A stretch of DNA of 64,000 bases from Candidatus Eiseniibacteriota bacterium (GTDB lineage Bacteria; Eisenbacteria; RBG-16-71-46; CAZAMP01), in assembly GCA_965224245.1 (NCBI GenBank), contig OZ245046.1, forward strand, positions 480,001 through 544,000. Reading direction: 5' to 3'. Of this stretch, positions 1 to 9,104 are shown piece after piece (within the stretch, counting starts at the first letter, position 1; each line of letters starts with the position of its first letter). The notes beneath the pieces were generated by a model that saw nothing but the letters and a program-made list of their open reading frames with translations, did not search any database and was not told the DNA's origin. Position numbers and translations under genes: made by a program.

Positions 1-1165
1 CGAGTCCGGCGGCCAGATCGGGGACACCGGCGAGATCGTGTTCTCGTCGGGCACGCTACGGGTCGACGACACCCACAAGCTCGAAGACGAGATCACACAC
101 ATCCTGGCGCCCGAGCACACCCTCGACGCGGTGCGCGCGATGGCCGGCGAGCAGGGCACGGCGCGCATCGACGTCCACCGGCGCAAGGCCACCGAGCGCA
201 ACCACACGGCCACGCACCTTCTCCATGCCGCACTCCGCCAGGTACTCGGCACGCACGTGGCACAGAAGGGATCGTTCGTGGGTCCAGATCGACTGCGGTT
301 CGACTTCAGCCACTTCCAGCCGATGACGAACGACGAGATCATCGCGGTCGAACGTCTGGTCGCGCGCGAGATCATCGCCGACACGTCGGTCACCACCGAG
401 ATGACCCCGCTGAAGGACGCCCTGGCGGCCGGCGCGATGGCGCTGTTCGGCGAGAAGTACGGCGACACGGTCCGCCAGGTCGTGGTCCCCGGCTTCAGCC
501 GTGAGCTCTGCGGCGGCTGTCACGTGGGCGCAACCGGCCAGATCGGACCGTTCCGCATCGTGTCCGAGACCGGCGTCGCGGCCGGCGTGCGCCGGATCGA
601 GGCGATATCGGGCGTGGTGGCCGTCGACGACGCGCGCGAGACGGCCGACGTGGTCGCCCGGCTCGCGCGAACGCTCGGCACCAGCCGCACGGTGCTGGAG
701 GAGAAGCTCGACACGCTGATGGCCGAGAAGGTCCGCGTCGAGCGCGAGCTCGACCGCGCCCGCGAGGCGGCGCGTCGCGCGCAGCTCCAGGGGGGTGACA
801 GCATCGAGACGATCGGGGACGTCCAGCTCCTGGTCCAGACCCTCGAGGCGGAGAACCCGGGCGAGCTCCGCAAGGGTGCCGACGTGATTCGCCAGCAGCT
901 GACGAGCGGCGTGGCCGTGCTCGGCGCCGACGTCGGCGGGAAGCTGGCGTTCCTGGTGCTCGTCACGCCCGACCTGGTCAAGGCGGGTCGCTTCCGGGCC
1001 GATGAATTGGTGCGCGAGATCGCGGCCGTCGCCGGCGGATCGGGAGGCGGCAAGCCGGACATGGCGCTGGCCGGCGCCAAGGACGTGGATCGGCTCACCG
1101 ATGCCCTCGACCGGGGGAGACAGCTCGTGATCGACGCTCAGAATGCCCGAGGCGCGAACGCATGA
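1..1165 (+). CDS. alaS: Alanine--tRNA ligase, C-terminal part (5' end outside window)
   Basis: Frame open from base 2 (ESGGQIGDTG); editing motifs NHTATHLLH and ELCGGCH; RLRFDFSH; C-terminal DHHA1 GGSGGGKPDMA. Confidence 0.97.
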   Translation, partial: ESGGQIGDTGEIVFSSGTLRVDDTHKLEDEITHILAPEHTLDAVRAMAGEQGTARIDVHRRKATERNHTATHLLHAALRQVLGTHVAQKGSFVGPDRLRFDFSHFQPMTNDEIIAVERLVAREIIADTSVTTEMTPLKDALAAGAMALFGEKYGDTVRQVVVPGFSRELCGGCHVGATGQIGPFRIVSETGVAAGVRRIEAISGVVAVDDARETADVVARLARTLGTSRTVLEEKLDTLMAEKVRVERELDRAREAARRAQLQGGDSIETIGDVQLLVQTLEAENPGELRKGADVIRQQLTSGVAVLGADVGGKLAFLVLVTPDLVKAGRFRADELVREIAAVAGGSGGGKPDMALAGAKDVDRLTDALDRGRQLVIDAQNARGANA

Positions 1166-2016
1166 GAATCCTGATCACCGGCGGACGCGGCATCGTCGGA
1201 ACCGCGCTTCAGAGCGTGCTCGGCCGCGAGGCCATCCCACTCGAGCGCGACGAGTGCGACGTGACCGACGCGGGGTCGGTCGGGGCCGCGTTCGAGAGCC
1301 ACCGACCCGAGGTCGTCATCCACTGCGCGGCCATGACGAACGTCGACGGCTGTGAGCACGACCAGGCGGGCGCCAGGCGCGTCAACGTGGACGGGACGGC
1401 CAACGTGGCCCAGGCCGCGCGCGGCCGGAACGCGCGCCTCATCCTTCTCGGAACCGACTACGTGTTCCGGGGCGACGTGGACCGGCCCCTCACCGAGGAC
1501 GACCCTCCGGGACCGCGGTCGACCTACGGGAAGACGAAGCTGGGTGCCGAGGGCGCCGCGATCCTGAACCATCCCGCGCCGCTGATCGTGCGCACGTGCG
1601 GAGTGTACGGCGAGGGCTCCACCGCGCACTTTCCGGCCAAGATCGCCGCGAAGATCGACGCCGGTGAGCCACTTTGCGTCGTCGACGACCAGGTCGTCTC
1701 GCCGACGTACGCGCTGGATCTGGCCGGCGCGCTGGCGAGGCTCGCCCGCATGTCCGACGTTCACGGCCTCTATCACGCGGCCAACTCCGGCCACGTGTCG
1801 TGGTTCGCCTTCGCCCGCGAGATCGCGCGCCTTCAGGGCAAGCCCGAGCATCCGATCGAGGCGATCTCCACGACGGCTCTCGGTCGACCGGCACCCCGAC
1901 CGGCCTACTCCGCCCTCGACTCGCGCAAGCTCGCGCGCGACCTCGGCATTCTGATGCGACCGTGGGACGAGGCGCTCGGCGCCTACCTCCGGTCCACGTC
2001 TCGGGTGATCCCATGA
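1162..2016 (+). CDS. rfbD: dTDP-4-dehydrorhamnose reductase
   Basis: ITGGRGIVG Rossmann motif, HCAAMTNVDGCE, TDYVF, YGKTK, DDQVVSPT, PAPRPAYSALD; ATGA overlap with alaS. Confidence 0.93.
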   Translation: MRILITGGRGIVGTALQSVLGREAIPLERDECDVTDAGSVGAAFESHRPEVVIHCAAMTNVDGCEHDQAGARRVNVDGTANVAQAARGRNARLILLGTDYVFRGDVDRPLTEDDPPGPRSTYGKTKLGAEGAAILNHPAPLIVRTCGVYGEGSTAHFPAKIAAKIDAGEPLCVVDDQVVSPTYALDLAGALARLARMSDVHGLYHAANSGHVSWFAFAREIARLQGKPEHPIEAISTTALGRPAPRPAYSALDSRKLARDLGILMRPWDEALGAYLRSTSRVIP

Positions 2017-2612
2017 GCGACGACGTCAGGCGCGCGCTGGAGGCGGGCGGACGGCTGATCCTGACCCTGGCCGAGACCGAGTCCGATCGGGTCGCCCGCG
2101 TGGCCGACGAGGTCGCGCGACGCTTCTCGGCCAAGGGGCGTCTCCTTGCCGCCGGCAACGGGGGAAGCGCCGCCGACGCCCAGCACGTGGCCACCGAGCT
2201 GTCGGGCCGTTTCTTTCTGGATCGACCCCCGCTGGATGCGATCGCGCTCAACACGAACTCCTCGGCGGTGACGGCGATCGGTAACGACTTCGGGTTCGAC
2301 GAGGTCTTCGCACGCCAGGTTCGCGCACACGGGCGGGCCGGGGACGTGCTACTCCTGTTCACGACCAGCGGTGCCTCGCCCAACATCCTGTCCGCGGCCG
2401 AGGCGGCGCGCGACCTCGGGCTGTACGTGGTCGGCTTCACCGGCTCGCGGGGCGCCGCTTTCGCCGAGGCCTGCGACGAGGCGTTCATCGTACCCAGCGC
2501 GATCACGCCGCGCATCCAGGAGGGACACATCGCGCTCGCGCACGCCCTCTGCGAGCGAGTCGAGGTGTTGCTCTTCGGCTCGGCCGGCGACCCGGACCGC
2601 GCCACCACATGA
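2013..2612 (+). CDS. gmhA: Phosphoheptose isomerase (SIS domain)
   Basis: GNGGSAADAQH, TAIGNDFGF, TTSGASPN, RIQEGH; true start ATG 2013 inside the longer track ORF. Confidence 0.93.
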   Translation: MSDDVRRALEAGGRLILTLAETESDRVARVADEVARRFSAKGRLLAAGNGGSAADAQHVATELSGRFFLDRPPLDAIALNTNSSAVTAIGNDFGFDEVFARQVRAHGRAGDVLLLFTTSGASPNILSAAEAARDLGLYVVGFTGSRGAAFAEACDEAFIVPSAITPRIQEGHIALAHALCERVEVLLFGSAGDPDRATT

Positions 2613-3496
2613 TCGGCGACTACGGGCGGCAGCTCCGTCCACGTCAGTGGACGAAGAACCTGATCCTGTTCGCGGGCGTCATCTTCTCCGAGAGCCTGCT
2701 CGACGTGAACCTCCTCTTGCGGAGCGCGCTCGGGTTCGTCACGTTCTGTCTGATCTCGTCGTCCATCTATTGCATCAACGATCTCGCCGATCTCGAGAGC
2801 GACCGGCGTCACCCGAAGAAGCGCCTGCGTCCACTCCCGTCCGGTCGCATCAGCCCCGCCGGCGTGCGGGGGCTCGCGCTGACGCTCCTGGTGCTGGCGC
2901 TCGCCGGAGCCTGGCTTCTGGCGCCGGTCTTCGCTGCGGTCGTCGGGATCTACTTCGCGATCAACGTGGCCTACTCGCTTCGCCTCAAGCGCGTCCCGAT
3001 CCTGGACGTGATCATCCTGGCGCTCGGCTTCGTGCTGAGAGCGGTGGGCAGCGTGGACGTGCTGGCCCGCCCCGACGTGATCATCTCGCCGTGGCTCCTC
3101 CTGTGTACGTTCTTCCTGGCCATGTTCATCGGCGCGGGCAAGCGCCGGGCCGAGCTGGCACTCCTCGAGGGGGCGGCGGCCGAGCATCGTGTGGCCCTCT
3201 CGGGCTACAGCGTCCAGTTCCTGGACCGGATCATGACCGCGACGATGACCTCGTCGATCCTGGCCTATGCGATCTACACGCTGTATCCGGGCACGATCGA
3301 GAAGTTCGGCACCGACGAGCTGGTCTACACGGTGCCGCACGTGGTCTTCGGGCTGCTGCGTTACATGTACATCGTGTACGAGCGGGACGAGGGGGGGAGC
3401 CCCACCGAGGCCATCCTCCACGATCGGGCGCTGCTGGTGACCGTCGGTCTGTGGGTGCTGACCGTGATCTACATCCTGTACGGTCCCGGACGATGA
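2609..3496 (+). CDS. UbiA-family polyprenyl-phosphate phosphoribosyltransferase (DPPR synthase-like)
   Basis: RPRQWTKNL, YCINDLADLESDRRHPKKRLRPLPSG, GFVLRA, GKRRAEL; multiple TM helices. Confidence 0.88.
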   Translation: MIGDYGRQLRPRQWTKNLILFAGVIFSESLLDVNLLLRSALGFVTFCLISSSIYCINDLADLESDRRHPKKRLRPLPSGRISPAGVRGLALTLLVLALAGAWLLAPVFAAVVGIYFAINVAYSLRLKRVPILDVIILALGFVLRAVGSVDVLARPDVIISPWLLLCTFFLAMFIGAGKRRAELALLEGAAAEHRVALSGYSVQFLDRIMTATMTSSILAYAIYTLYPGTIEKFGTDELVYTVPHVVFGLLRYMYIVYERDEGGSPTEAILHDRALLVTVGLWVLTVIYILYGPGR

Positions 3497-4239
3497 GCGA
3501 GTCCGGCCCCGGAGGCGGCGAGACCGCGAGAGAGCCCCGCGAGATGTGCTATCGCTGCCTGAAGGCCCGCGTGGTCTGCGTGTGCGCGAGCGTGCGCGTC
3601 GTGGAGAACCGGATCGGGGTCACGATCCTCCAGCACCCGCGCGAGTACCGCCATCCGATCGGCACCGCACGCTTCCTGCGGCTGGGGCTCCGCTGCTGTA
3701 GGGTCATCGTGCCCTGGGCGAACGAGGACGGGGAGCTCCGGCGCGACGTCTCCGTTCCGCCGGGGGCGGCGCTCCTGTACCCGGGCGCACGTGCGCGCGA
3801 GCTGTCGGACCTGGAAGAGGCCGCGCGGCCGTCGCACCTGGTCGTGCTCGACGGCACCTGGCGGCACGTTCGGCGGCTGTATCGCGACAACGCGTGGCTC
3901 CACGCGTTGCCGATGGTGGCTCTGGAGCCCCCGGCGCCCAGCCGCTATCGCATCCGTCCCGAGCCGGCCGCCCACTGCCTGTCGACGGTCGAGTCGGTCG
4001 CGGCCGCGCTGGGGATGCTCGAGCCGGCCACGATCGGTCTCGACGCCCTGGTGGCCGCGTTCGAGGCGATGATCGACGAGCAGATCCGGTGCGCGAATGG
4101 CGGGCGCGTCAAGCGCGAGAAGACGGTCGAGCGAGTGACACGGGATCGGCGTCGGCGGGGCGTGCTCCTGGATCCCGTGACCGAGGGCCGCGCGCCCGCG
4201 GCGAGCGGTCTGCGGGATCGAGCCGGATGCCCGGTCTGA
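3493..4239 (+). CDS. DTW-domain tRNA-uridine aminocarboxypropyltransferase (TapT-like)
   Basis: N-terminal CYRC..CVC, ILQHPRE, VVLDGTW, SRYRIR, LSTVES. Confidence 0.88.
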   Translation: MSESGPGGGETAREPREMCYRCLKARVVCVCASVRVVENRIGVTILQHPREYRHPIGTARFLRLGLRCCRVIVPWANEDGELRRDVSVPPGAALLYPGARARELSDLEEAARPSHLVVLDGTWRHVRRLYRDNAWLHALPMVALEPPAPSRYRIRPEPAAHCLSTVESVAAALGMLEPATIGLDALVAAFEAMIDEQIRCANGGRVKREKTVERVTRDRRRRGVLLDPVTEGRAPAASGLRDRAGCPV

Positions 4240-5129
4240 TGGAGACCGCGGTCTGGGAGGCGCCGGCGAAGCTGAACCTCGTGCTCGAGGTCGTCGGCCG
4301 CCGGCCGGACGGCTTCCATGAGCTCCGCACCGTCCTTCAGGCGATCGACCTCGTGGATCGCCTCACGATCGAGCCGGCCGACCGCTACGCGCTCACCTGC
4401 GACGGGCTCGACACACCGGTGGAGGACAACCTCGTCACCCGCGCGTACCGGGCGCTCGCCGAGCGCGGTGGCGTCGGGCCGGTCCGGATCCACCTGGAGA
4501 AGCGGATCCCGCTCGCCGGCGGGCTGGGTGGCGGCAGCTCGGACGCCGCGGCGGTGCTGGTGGCGCTGAACGCGCTCTACTCGCTGGGGCTCGATCCCGA
4601 CGAGCTTCAGACGATCGGGGCATCGATCGGCAGCGACGTTGCGTTCTTCGTTCGCGGCGGTACGCAGCTCGGACTCGGGCGGGGAGAGCGCCTGGAACGA
4701 TGGCCCGACATCCGGGGTGTGATCACGCTGGTCGTGCCGCGCCTCGGCGTGCCGACCGCCCACGTGTTCGCGGCGGGAGGCTTCGGTCGCGCGCCCGCGG
4801 ATCCGATCGGCGCGCTCCGGAGAGCGCTCGACGAGGACGGGGCTCGCGGTGCCGGGGACCGGATCTCGGCGGTGCTCTTCAACGCGCTCGAGGCCCCGGC
4901 GATTGGCGTGGCGCCTGCCGTCGGGCGTCTCCGGGACCGGCTGGCGGCCCTCGCCGGGGTGGCTCGGGTGTCCGGAGCCGGCTCGACGCTCTTCGCCCTG
5001 GCGCCGGACGAGGCCACGGCCCGGCAGTGGGCAGACGCGCTGGCGGACGATCCGGACGTGGCCCGGACGCTGGTCACCCGGACGCGAAGCGACGGCGTTC
5101 GCCGCGTGGCGGGGCCGCGCACGCCGTAG
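4239..5129 (+). CDS. ispE: 4-diphosphocytidyl-2-C-methyl-D-erythritol kinase
   Basis: APAKLNLVLEV..RPDGFHEL, KRIPLAGGLGGGSSDAA, GSDVAFF; conserved ispE-tRNAGln-prs synteny. Confidence 0.95.
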   Translation: METAVWEAPAKLNLVLEVVGRRPDGFHELRTVLQAIDLVDRLTIEPADRYALTCDGLDTPVEDNLVTRAYRALAERGGVGPVRIHLEKRIPLAGGLGGGSSDAAAVLVALNALYSLGLDPDELQTIGASIGSDVAFFVRGGTQLGLGRGERLERWPDIRGVITLVVPRLGVPTAHVFAAGGFGRAPADPIGALRRALDEDGARGAGDRISAVLFNALEAPAIGVAPAVGRLRDRLAALAGVARVSGAGSTLFALAPDEATARQWADALADDPDVARTLVTRTRSDGVRRVAGPRTP

Positions 5130-5163
5130 CCACGGCCCGGGCCGGACCCGGCCGGAGCGGGGC

Positions 5164-5193
5164 TTGACCCCGTGCCGGTCCTCCGAGTACGAT
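5164..5193 (+). promoter_or_regulatory. Putative sigma70 promoter for the ncRNA candidate/tRNA-Gln/prs unit
   Basis: TTGACC-N18-TACGAT in intergenic DNA. Confidence 0.55.
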
Positions 5194-5226
5194 CCCGTCC
5201 GCTCGAAAACGACTCGGGAGGATCCA

Positions 5227-5434
5227 CAGGGGGCGTCGTCGTACGTTCTCTCCCCGATGTGACGCCGGGCCGGCCACCGGCCGCGTCGAAGGGGACCAAT
5301 CCTGGGTGATCGACGGGCGCACGCGCCGCAAGGCACGCGCCGTCACGTCGACCCGCACCGCCGCGCCCACCCGCGCGCCGTCGCGACCCACCGGATCCGC
5401 CCGGGACGACCGTCCGCGACGTCGCAATCCCCTG
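5227..5434 (+). ncRNA. Candidate structured RNA (6S-like rod or multi-stem), family unassigned
   Basis: Closing stem 5227-5242/5416-5434; terminal hairpin 5304-5354 with GCAA tetraloop at the centre; side hairpin 5251-5295; no credible ORF. Confidence 0.3.
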
Positions 5435-5497
5435 AGCTTGCATCGTCTTCGCCGGCCGGTCGCGCGCCCCGGCGCGTCGTCGAGCGCGTGACGACGA

Positions 5498-5573
5498 TGG
5501 GGCGTCGCCAAGTGGTTAAGGCACCGGGTTTTGGTTCCGGCATTCGGAGGTTCGAATCCTCCCGCCCCAGCCA
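5498..5573 (+). tRNA. tRNA-Gln (anticodon TTG)
   Basis: TGGGGCG acceptor / CGCCCCA-G-CCA, D-loop AAGTGGTTAA, anticodon arm CCGGG-TTTTGGT-TCCGG, T-loop GTTCGAATC. Confidence 0.97.
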
Positions 5574-5598
5574 GTTCCAACGACCGACGGGAGGTCAC

Positions 5599-6540
5599 GT
5601 GGCCGATCCACGGCACATCCGCATCTTCGCCGGGTCCTCGAATCCGGCACTGGCGGCCGGGCTCTGCGAGTATCTCGGCACCGAGCCCGGCGAGCTGGAG
5701 CTGACGCGCTTCGCCGACGGCGAGATCCTCGTGCGGTTTCTCGAGAACATCCGCGGCCACGACGTCTTTCTCTTGCAGACGACCGCCGGTCCCTCGGACA
5801 ACCTCGTCGAGCTGCTGATCATGATCGACGCGGCGGTCAGGGCCTCGGCCAAGCGCGTGACGGTCGTCACGCCGTACTTCGCGTACGCCCGTCAGGATCG
5901 CAAGGACCAGCCGCGCGTGGCGTTGACCGCGAAGCTGGTGGCCAACCTGATCACCACCGCCGGCGCCAATCGCATGCTCACGATGGATCTGCATTCGCCC
6001 CAGATCCAGGGGTTCTTCGACATCCCGTTCGATCACCTGTACGCGGCCCCGGTTCTGCTCGACTACTTCAAGAAGCTTGCGCGTGCCCGCACCGTCATCG
6101 TGGCCCCGGATCTGGGCAGCGTGAAGATGAACCGCGCCTACGCCAACCGCCTCGGCCTGCCGCTGGCGCTGATCGACAAGCGCCGCCACGGGGCCGACGC
6201 CACCGAGGTCATGCACGTCGTCGGCGACGTCGAGGGGGCAGACGTGATCCTCCTCGACGACGAGATCTCGACCGCCGGCACGATGTGCCAGGCGGCGGTG
6301 GCCCTCAAGGAGCGCGGTGCGGCGCGGGTGTTCGCAGGGGCCACGCACGGCAAGTTCGTGGGCTCGGCGCTCGAGCGAATCGCGGAGAGCCCGATCGAGG
6401 AGGTCGTGGTGACCGACTCCATTCCGAACGCCGGGCGCGAGCTCGGACCCAAGATCCACACACTCTCGGTGGCCTCGCTGCTCGGCGAGGCGATCAAGCG
6501 CATACACGAGGAGCGGTCGCTCAGCTCGCTCTTCGTCTGA
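5599..6540 (+). CDS. prs: Ribose-phosphate pyrophosphokinase
   Basis: RFADGE, PYFAYARQDRK, DLHSPQIQGFF, APDLG, DDEISTAGT; GTG start after GGAGG. Confidence 0.97.
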   Translation: MADPRHIRIFAGSSNPALAAGLCEYLGTEPGELELTRFADGEILVRFLENIRGHDVFLLQTTAGPSDNLVELLIMIDAAVRASAKRVTVVTPYFAYARQDRKDQPRVALTAKLVANLITTAGANRMLTMDLHSPQIQGFFDIPFDHLYAAPVLLDYFKKLARARTVIVAPDLGSVKMNRAYANRLGLPLALIDKRRHGADATEVMHVVGDVEGADVILLDDEISTAGTMCQAAVALKERGAARVFAGATHGKFVGSALERIAESPIEEVVVTDSIPNAGRELGPKIHTLSVASLLGEAIKRIHEERSLSSLFV

Positions 6541-6593
6541 GGTTTTGCACGACGTGACGACGACGATGAAGACGAAGGCCCAAGGAGGTACGC

Positions 6594-7238
6594 ATGGCGG
6601 TCGTCGAGTTGATCGGTGAGAACCGAGCCCGGAGCGGCAAGGGCGGCGCTCGCCAGGTGCGGCGCGACGGCTTCGTGCCGGCCGTGCTGTACGGCGGCAC
6701 CGTGGATCCGGTGAGTCTGAAGATCGAGAGAAGCAAGTTCGAGGTGCTGCTCCGGACGCCGGGAGGTCGCCACTCGGTGATCGACTTCCAGCTCCCAAGC
6801 GGCAACCAGCTGGCGCTGATTCGCGAGGTGCAGCGTCATCCGGTCTCGCGCGCGGTGATCCACGTCGACTTCCAGCGCATCGAGGAAGACAAGCCCGTGC
6901 AGGTCGAGATCCCCATCGTCCTCACCGGCGTCTCGGCTGGACAGAAGATCGGCGGGGTTCTGGAGCACGTGACCCGTGAGGTCGAGGCCCGGTGCATGCC
7001 GCGGGACATCCCGGGGCGCTGGCTGATCGACATCAGCCACATGGAGCTCGGGCAGACGATGCATGCGAGCGATCTCGACATCCCGAACGTCGAGATCCTG
7101 GTGGAGCCCGAGCGCGTCATCTGCGTGATCGCCGAGCCGACGAAGGCGGTCGAGCCCACCACCGACGAAGAGGCCGAGGGCGAGGAAGCCGCGGAGGCCG
7201 AGGAAGGCGCCGACGGCGAAGGTTCGGAAGGCGAGTGA
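6594..7238 (+). CDS. rplY: 50S ribosomal protein L25 / general stress protein Ctc
   Basis: GKGGARQVRRDGFVPAVLYG, QRHPVS..HVDFQ, C-terminal Ctc domain and acidic tail. Confidence 0.96.
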   Translation: MAVVELIGENRARSGKGGARQVRRDGFVPAVLYGGTVDPVSLKIERSKFEVLLRTPGGRHSVIDFQLPSGNQLALIREVQRHPVSRAVIHVDFQRIEEDKPVQVEIPIVLTGVSAGQKIGGVLEHVTREVEARCMPRDIPGRWLIDISHMELGQTMHASDLDIPNVEILVEPERVICVIAEPTKAVEPTTDEEAEGEEAAEAEEGADGEGSEGE

Positions 7239-7242
7239 GCAC

Positions 7243-7800
7243 GTGTGGATCGTCGGGCTCGGTAACCCCGGACCGCGCTACGCGGGGACCCGACACAACG
7301 TGGGGTTCGAGCTCGTGGACGTTCTCGTCGAACGATTCGACGCGAGTCCGGTTCGTGCGGACGCCACCATGCTCGTGTGGCGCGGAGCGTCCGGGTGGGA
7401 GGAGTGCCTGCTCGTGAAGCCGATGACCTACATGAACCGATCGGGCCTCGCCGTCCGGGCGCTGGTGGATCGGTACGAGCTGGACATCGCCGACGGGCTC
7501 TGCGTCGTGGACGACATGGCGCTCGACCTGGGGCGGATCCGCTTTCGCGAGCGGGGCAGCTCCGGCAACCACAACGGTTTGGAATCCATCGAGGAACACC
7601 TCGGGACACGGGACTATCCGCGGCTTCGGATCGGCATCGGGCCGGCACCCGACGCCGAGAGCTGGGTGGACTTCGTGCTCGAGCGGTTCTCGGACGACGA
7701 GCGTGGAACGCTCGACGCGGCGCTGGAGCGCGCCGCCGACGGCGTCGAATCGCTGATGTCGGCGAGCTTTGAGGACACGATGAGCCGGTTCAACGGCTAG
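7243..7800 (+). CDS. pth: Peptidyl-tRNA hydrolase
   Basis: VGLGNPG..TRHNVGF, KPMTYMNRSG, GNHNGLESI, RLRIGIG. Confidence 0.97.
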   Translation: MWIVGLGNPGPRYAGTRHNVGFELVDVLVERFDASPVRADATMLVWRGASGWEECLLVKPMTYMNRSGLAVRALVDRYELDIADGLCVVDDMALDLGRIRFRERGSSGNHNGLESIEEHLGTRDYPRLRIGIGPAPDAESWVDFVLERFSDDERGTLDAALERAADGVESLMSASFEDTMSRFNG

Positions 7801-7815
7801 CTGGAGGAGATCGCT

Positions 7816-8283
7816 TTGCGACAATACGAAACGATTTTCGTCATGGACCCCGCCCTCGATGGCGACGCGGTCGAAGGCGAGCTCGATCGTGTGGTCAAGA
7901 TGATCGAGGGGAACGACGGACAGGTCGTCGAGGTACAACGGTGGGGAAAGCGGCGGCTCGCGTATCCGATCCGCAAGCGGAGCGACGGCGTCTACACGTA
8001 CGTGCGCTTCGACGGCAACAACGCGGTCCTGTCCGAGCTCAACCGTCGATTCTCACTGAACGAGGACCTCTTGCGCCACATGACGGTTCTCCTGGATCAC
8101 CCCTACGCCAAGGACGTCCGACCGTCGGGCGTCGTGACCGAGAGCGAAGGCGACGACAAGGCCGAGGAGACGACGAAGGCCGAGGAGACGACGAAGGCCG
8201 AGGGCGGCGAGTCCCCGCGTGCGCGCGAGAACGGTGCCGCCGCCCCGCGCACGAACGATGGCGACACCGAGGACGAGGACTAG
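7816..8283 (+). CDS. rpsF: 30S ribosomal protein S6 with acidic C-terminal tail
   Basis: [21 protein letters not shown] start after GGAGGAG. Confidence 0.96.
   Translation: MRQYETIFVMDPALDGDAVEGELDRVVKMIEGNDGQVVEVQRWGKRRLAYPIRKRSDGVYTYVRFDGNNAVLSELNRRFSLNEDLLRHMTVLLDHPYAKDVRPSGVVTESEGDDKAEETTKAEETTKAEGGESPRARENGAAAPRTNDGDTEDED
8158..8203 (+). repeat. 18 bp in-frame tandem repeat (2.5 copies) in the rpsF tail
   Basis: AAGGCCGAGGAGACGACG x2 plus AAGGCCGAGG, encoding [15 protein letters not shown]. Confidence 0.9.
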
Positions 8284-8293
8284 GGGGGGGCAG

Positions 8294-8521
8294 ATGCGAG
8301 ATCGCGATCGCCGCAAGGGCTGCAAGCTCTGCGCAGACAAGATCCCGTTCGTGGACTGGAAGGACGAGCGGCTCCTGCGCCGGTTCATGACCGACCGTGG
8401 CAAGGTCGTTCCACGTCGAGTGTCCGGAAACTGCTCGCGTCATCAGCTGCAGTTGGGGCGCGCCATCAAGCGAGCCCGCTACGCGGCGCTCTTGCCGTAC
8501 GTCGACGAGCACGCGAAGTAG
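8294..8521 (+). CDS. rpsR: 30S ribosomal protein S18 (Zn-binding C+ form)
   Basis: [42 protein letters not shown]. Confidence 0.96.
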   Translation: MRDRDRRKGCKLCADKIPFVDWKDERLLRRFMTDRGKVVPRRVSGNCSRHQLQLGRAIKRARYAALLPYVDEHAK

Positions 8522-8534
8522 GGAGAGACTCGAG

Positions 8535-9104
8535 ATGGACATCATTCTGATCAAGGACGTCGACGGCGTCGGCTTCCGGGGGCAGACCGTCAAGGTCGCC
8601 GACGGCTTCGCGCGCAACTTCCTGATCCCACGCGGTCAGGCGCTCCGTGCCACCCCGGCGGCCCGCAAGGTCGCCGACGAGCTGAATCGCGCGGCCGAGC
8701 GCAAGGAGGTCCACGTTCGTGCCGAGGCCGAGACGCGCTCGGCGCGGCTGAAGGACGTCAGCCTCACGTTCGAGATGAACGCCGGCGAGGGCGGCAAGCT
8801 GTTCGGGTCGGTCACGAGTCAGGACATCGCCGAGGCGCTCGCAAAGGAGAACACGGGCGTCGAGATCGACAAGAAAGACGTCATGCTGCGCACGCCGATC
8901 AAGTCGGTGGGCCGATTCGACGTGAAGCTCAAGATCTTCCGAGACATCCAGCCCGAGATCGAGGTCTGGGTCGTGGCCAAGAACGAGGCGAAGGCGCCGG
9001 CTCCGGTGCTCGAGACGTCTCCTCCCGCCGAAGCGGTCGACGGGGCCGAGCCCGCGACCGACGGCAGTCAGGACACCGGTGATGGCGACGCCGAAACCAG
9101 CTGA
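8535..9104 (+). CDS. rplI: 50S ribosomal protein L9
   Basis: MDIILIKDV..VKVADGFARNFLIP, GKLFGSVT. Confidence 0.96.
   Translation: MDIILIKDVDGVGFRGQTVKVADGFARNFLIPRGQALRATPAARKVADELNRAAERKEVHVRAEAETRSARLKDVSLTFEMNAGEGGKLFGSVTSQDIAEALAKENTGVEIDKKDVMLRTPIKSVGRFDVKLKIFRDIQPEIEVWVVAKNEAKAPAPVLETSPPAEAVDGAEPATDGSQDTGDGDAETS

Noticed and set aside
1490-3421. Long antisense and alternative-frame ORFs throughout the track (e.g. 1490..3421, 11876..13675, 46873..49623, 51420..53891)
   Set aside because: They are Arg/Pro/Ala-rich shadows of well-supported genes, expected at high GC, and have no motifs.
5227-5434. SRP RNA or a known riboswitch as the identity of the structured region
   Set aside because: The SRP helix-8 motif (CAGG..GGAA..AGCAG) and recognisable riboswitch cores were not found by eye.
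5306-5491. 61 aa ORF between ispE and tRNA-Gln, where spoVG often lies
   Set aside because: No SpoVG similarity, low-complexity Arg/Pro sequence and no clear RBS.
5488-5598. N-terminal extension of the prs ORF
   Set aside because: It overlaps the tRNA; the real start is GTG 5599 after GGAGG.
5498-5600. tRNA as an integration site or island boundary
   Set aside because: No integrase, no duplicated tRNA 3' end seen, and core synteny is intact on both sides.
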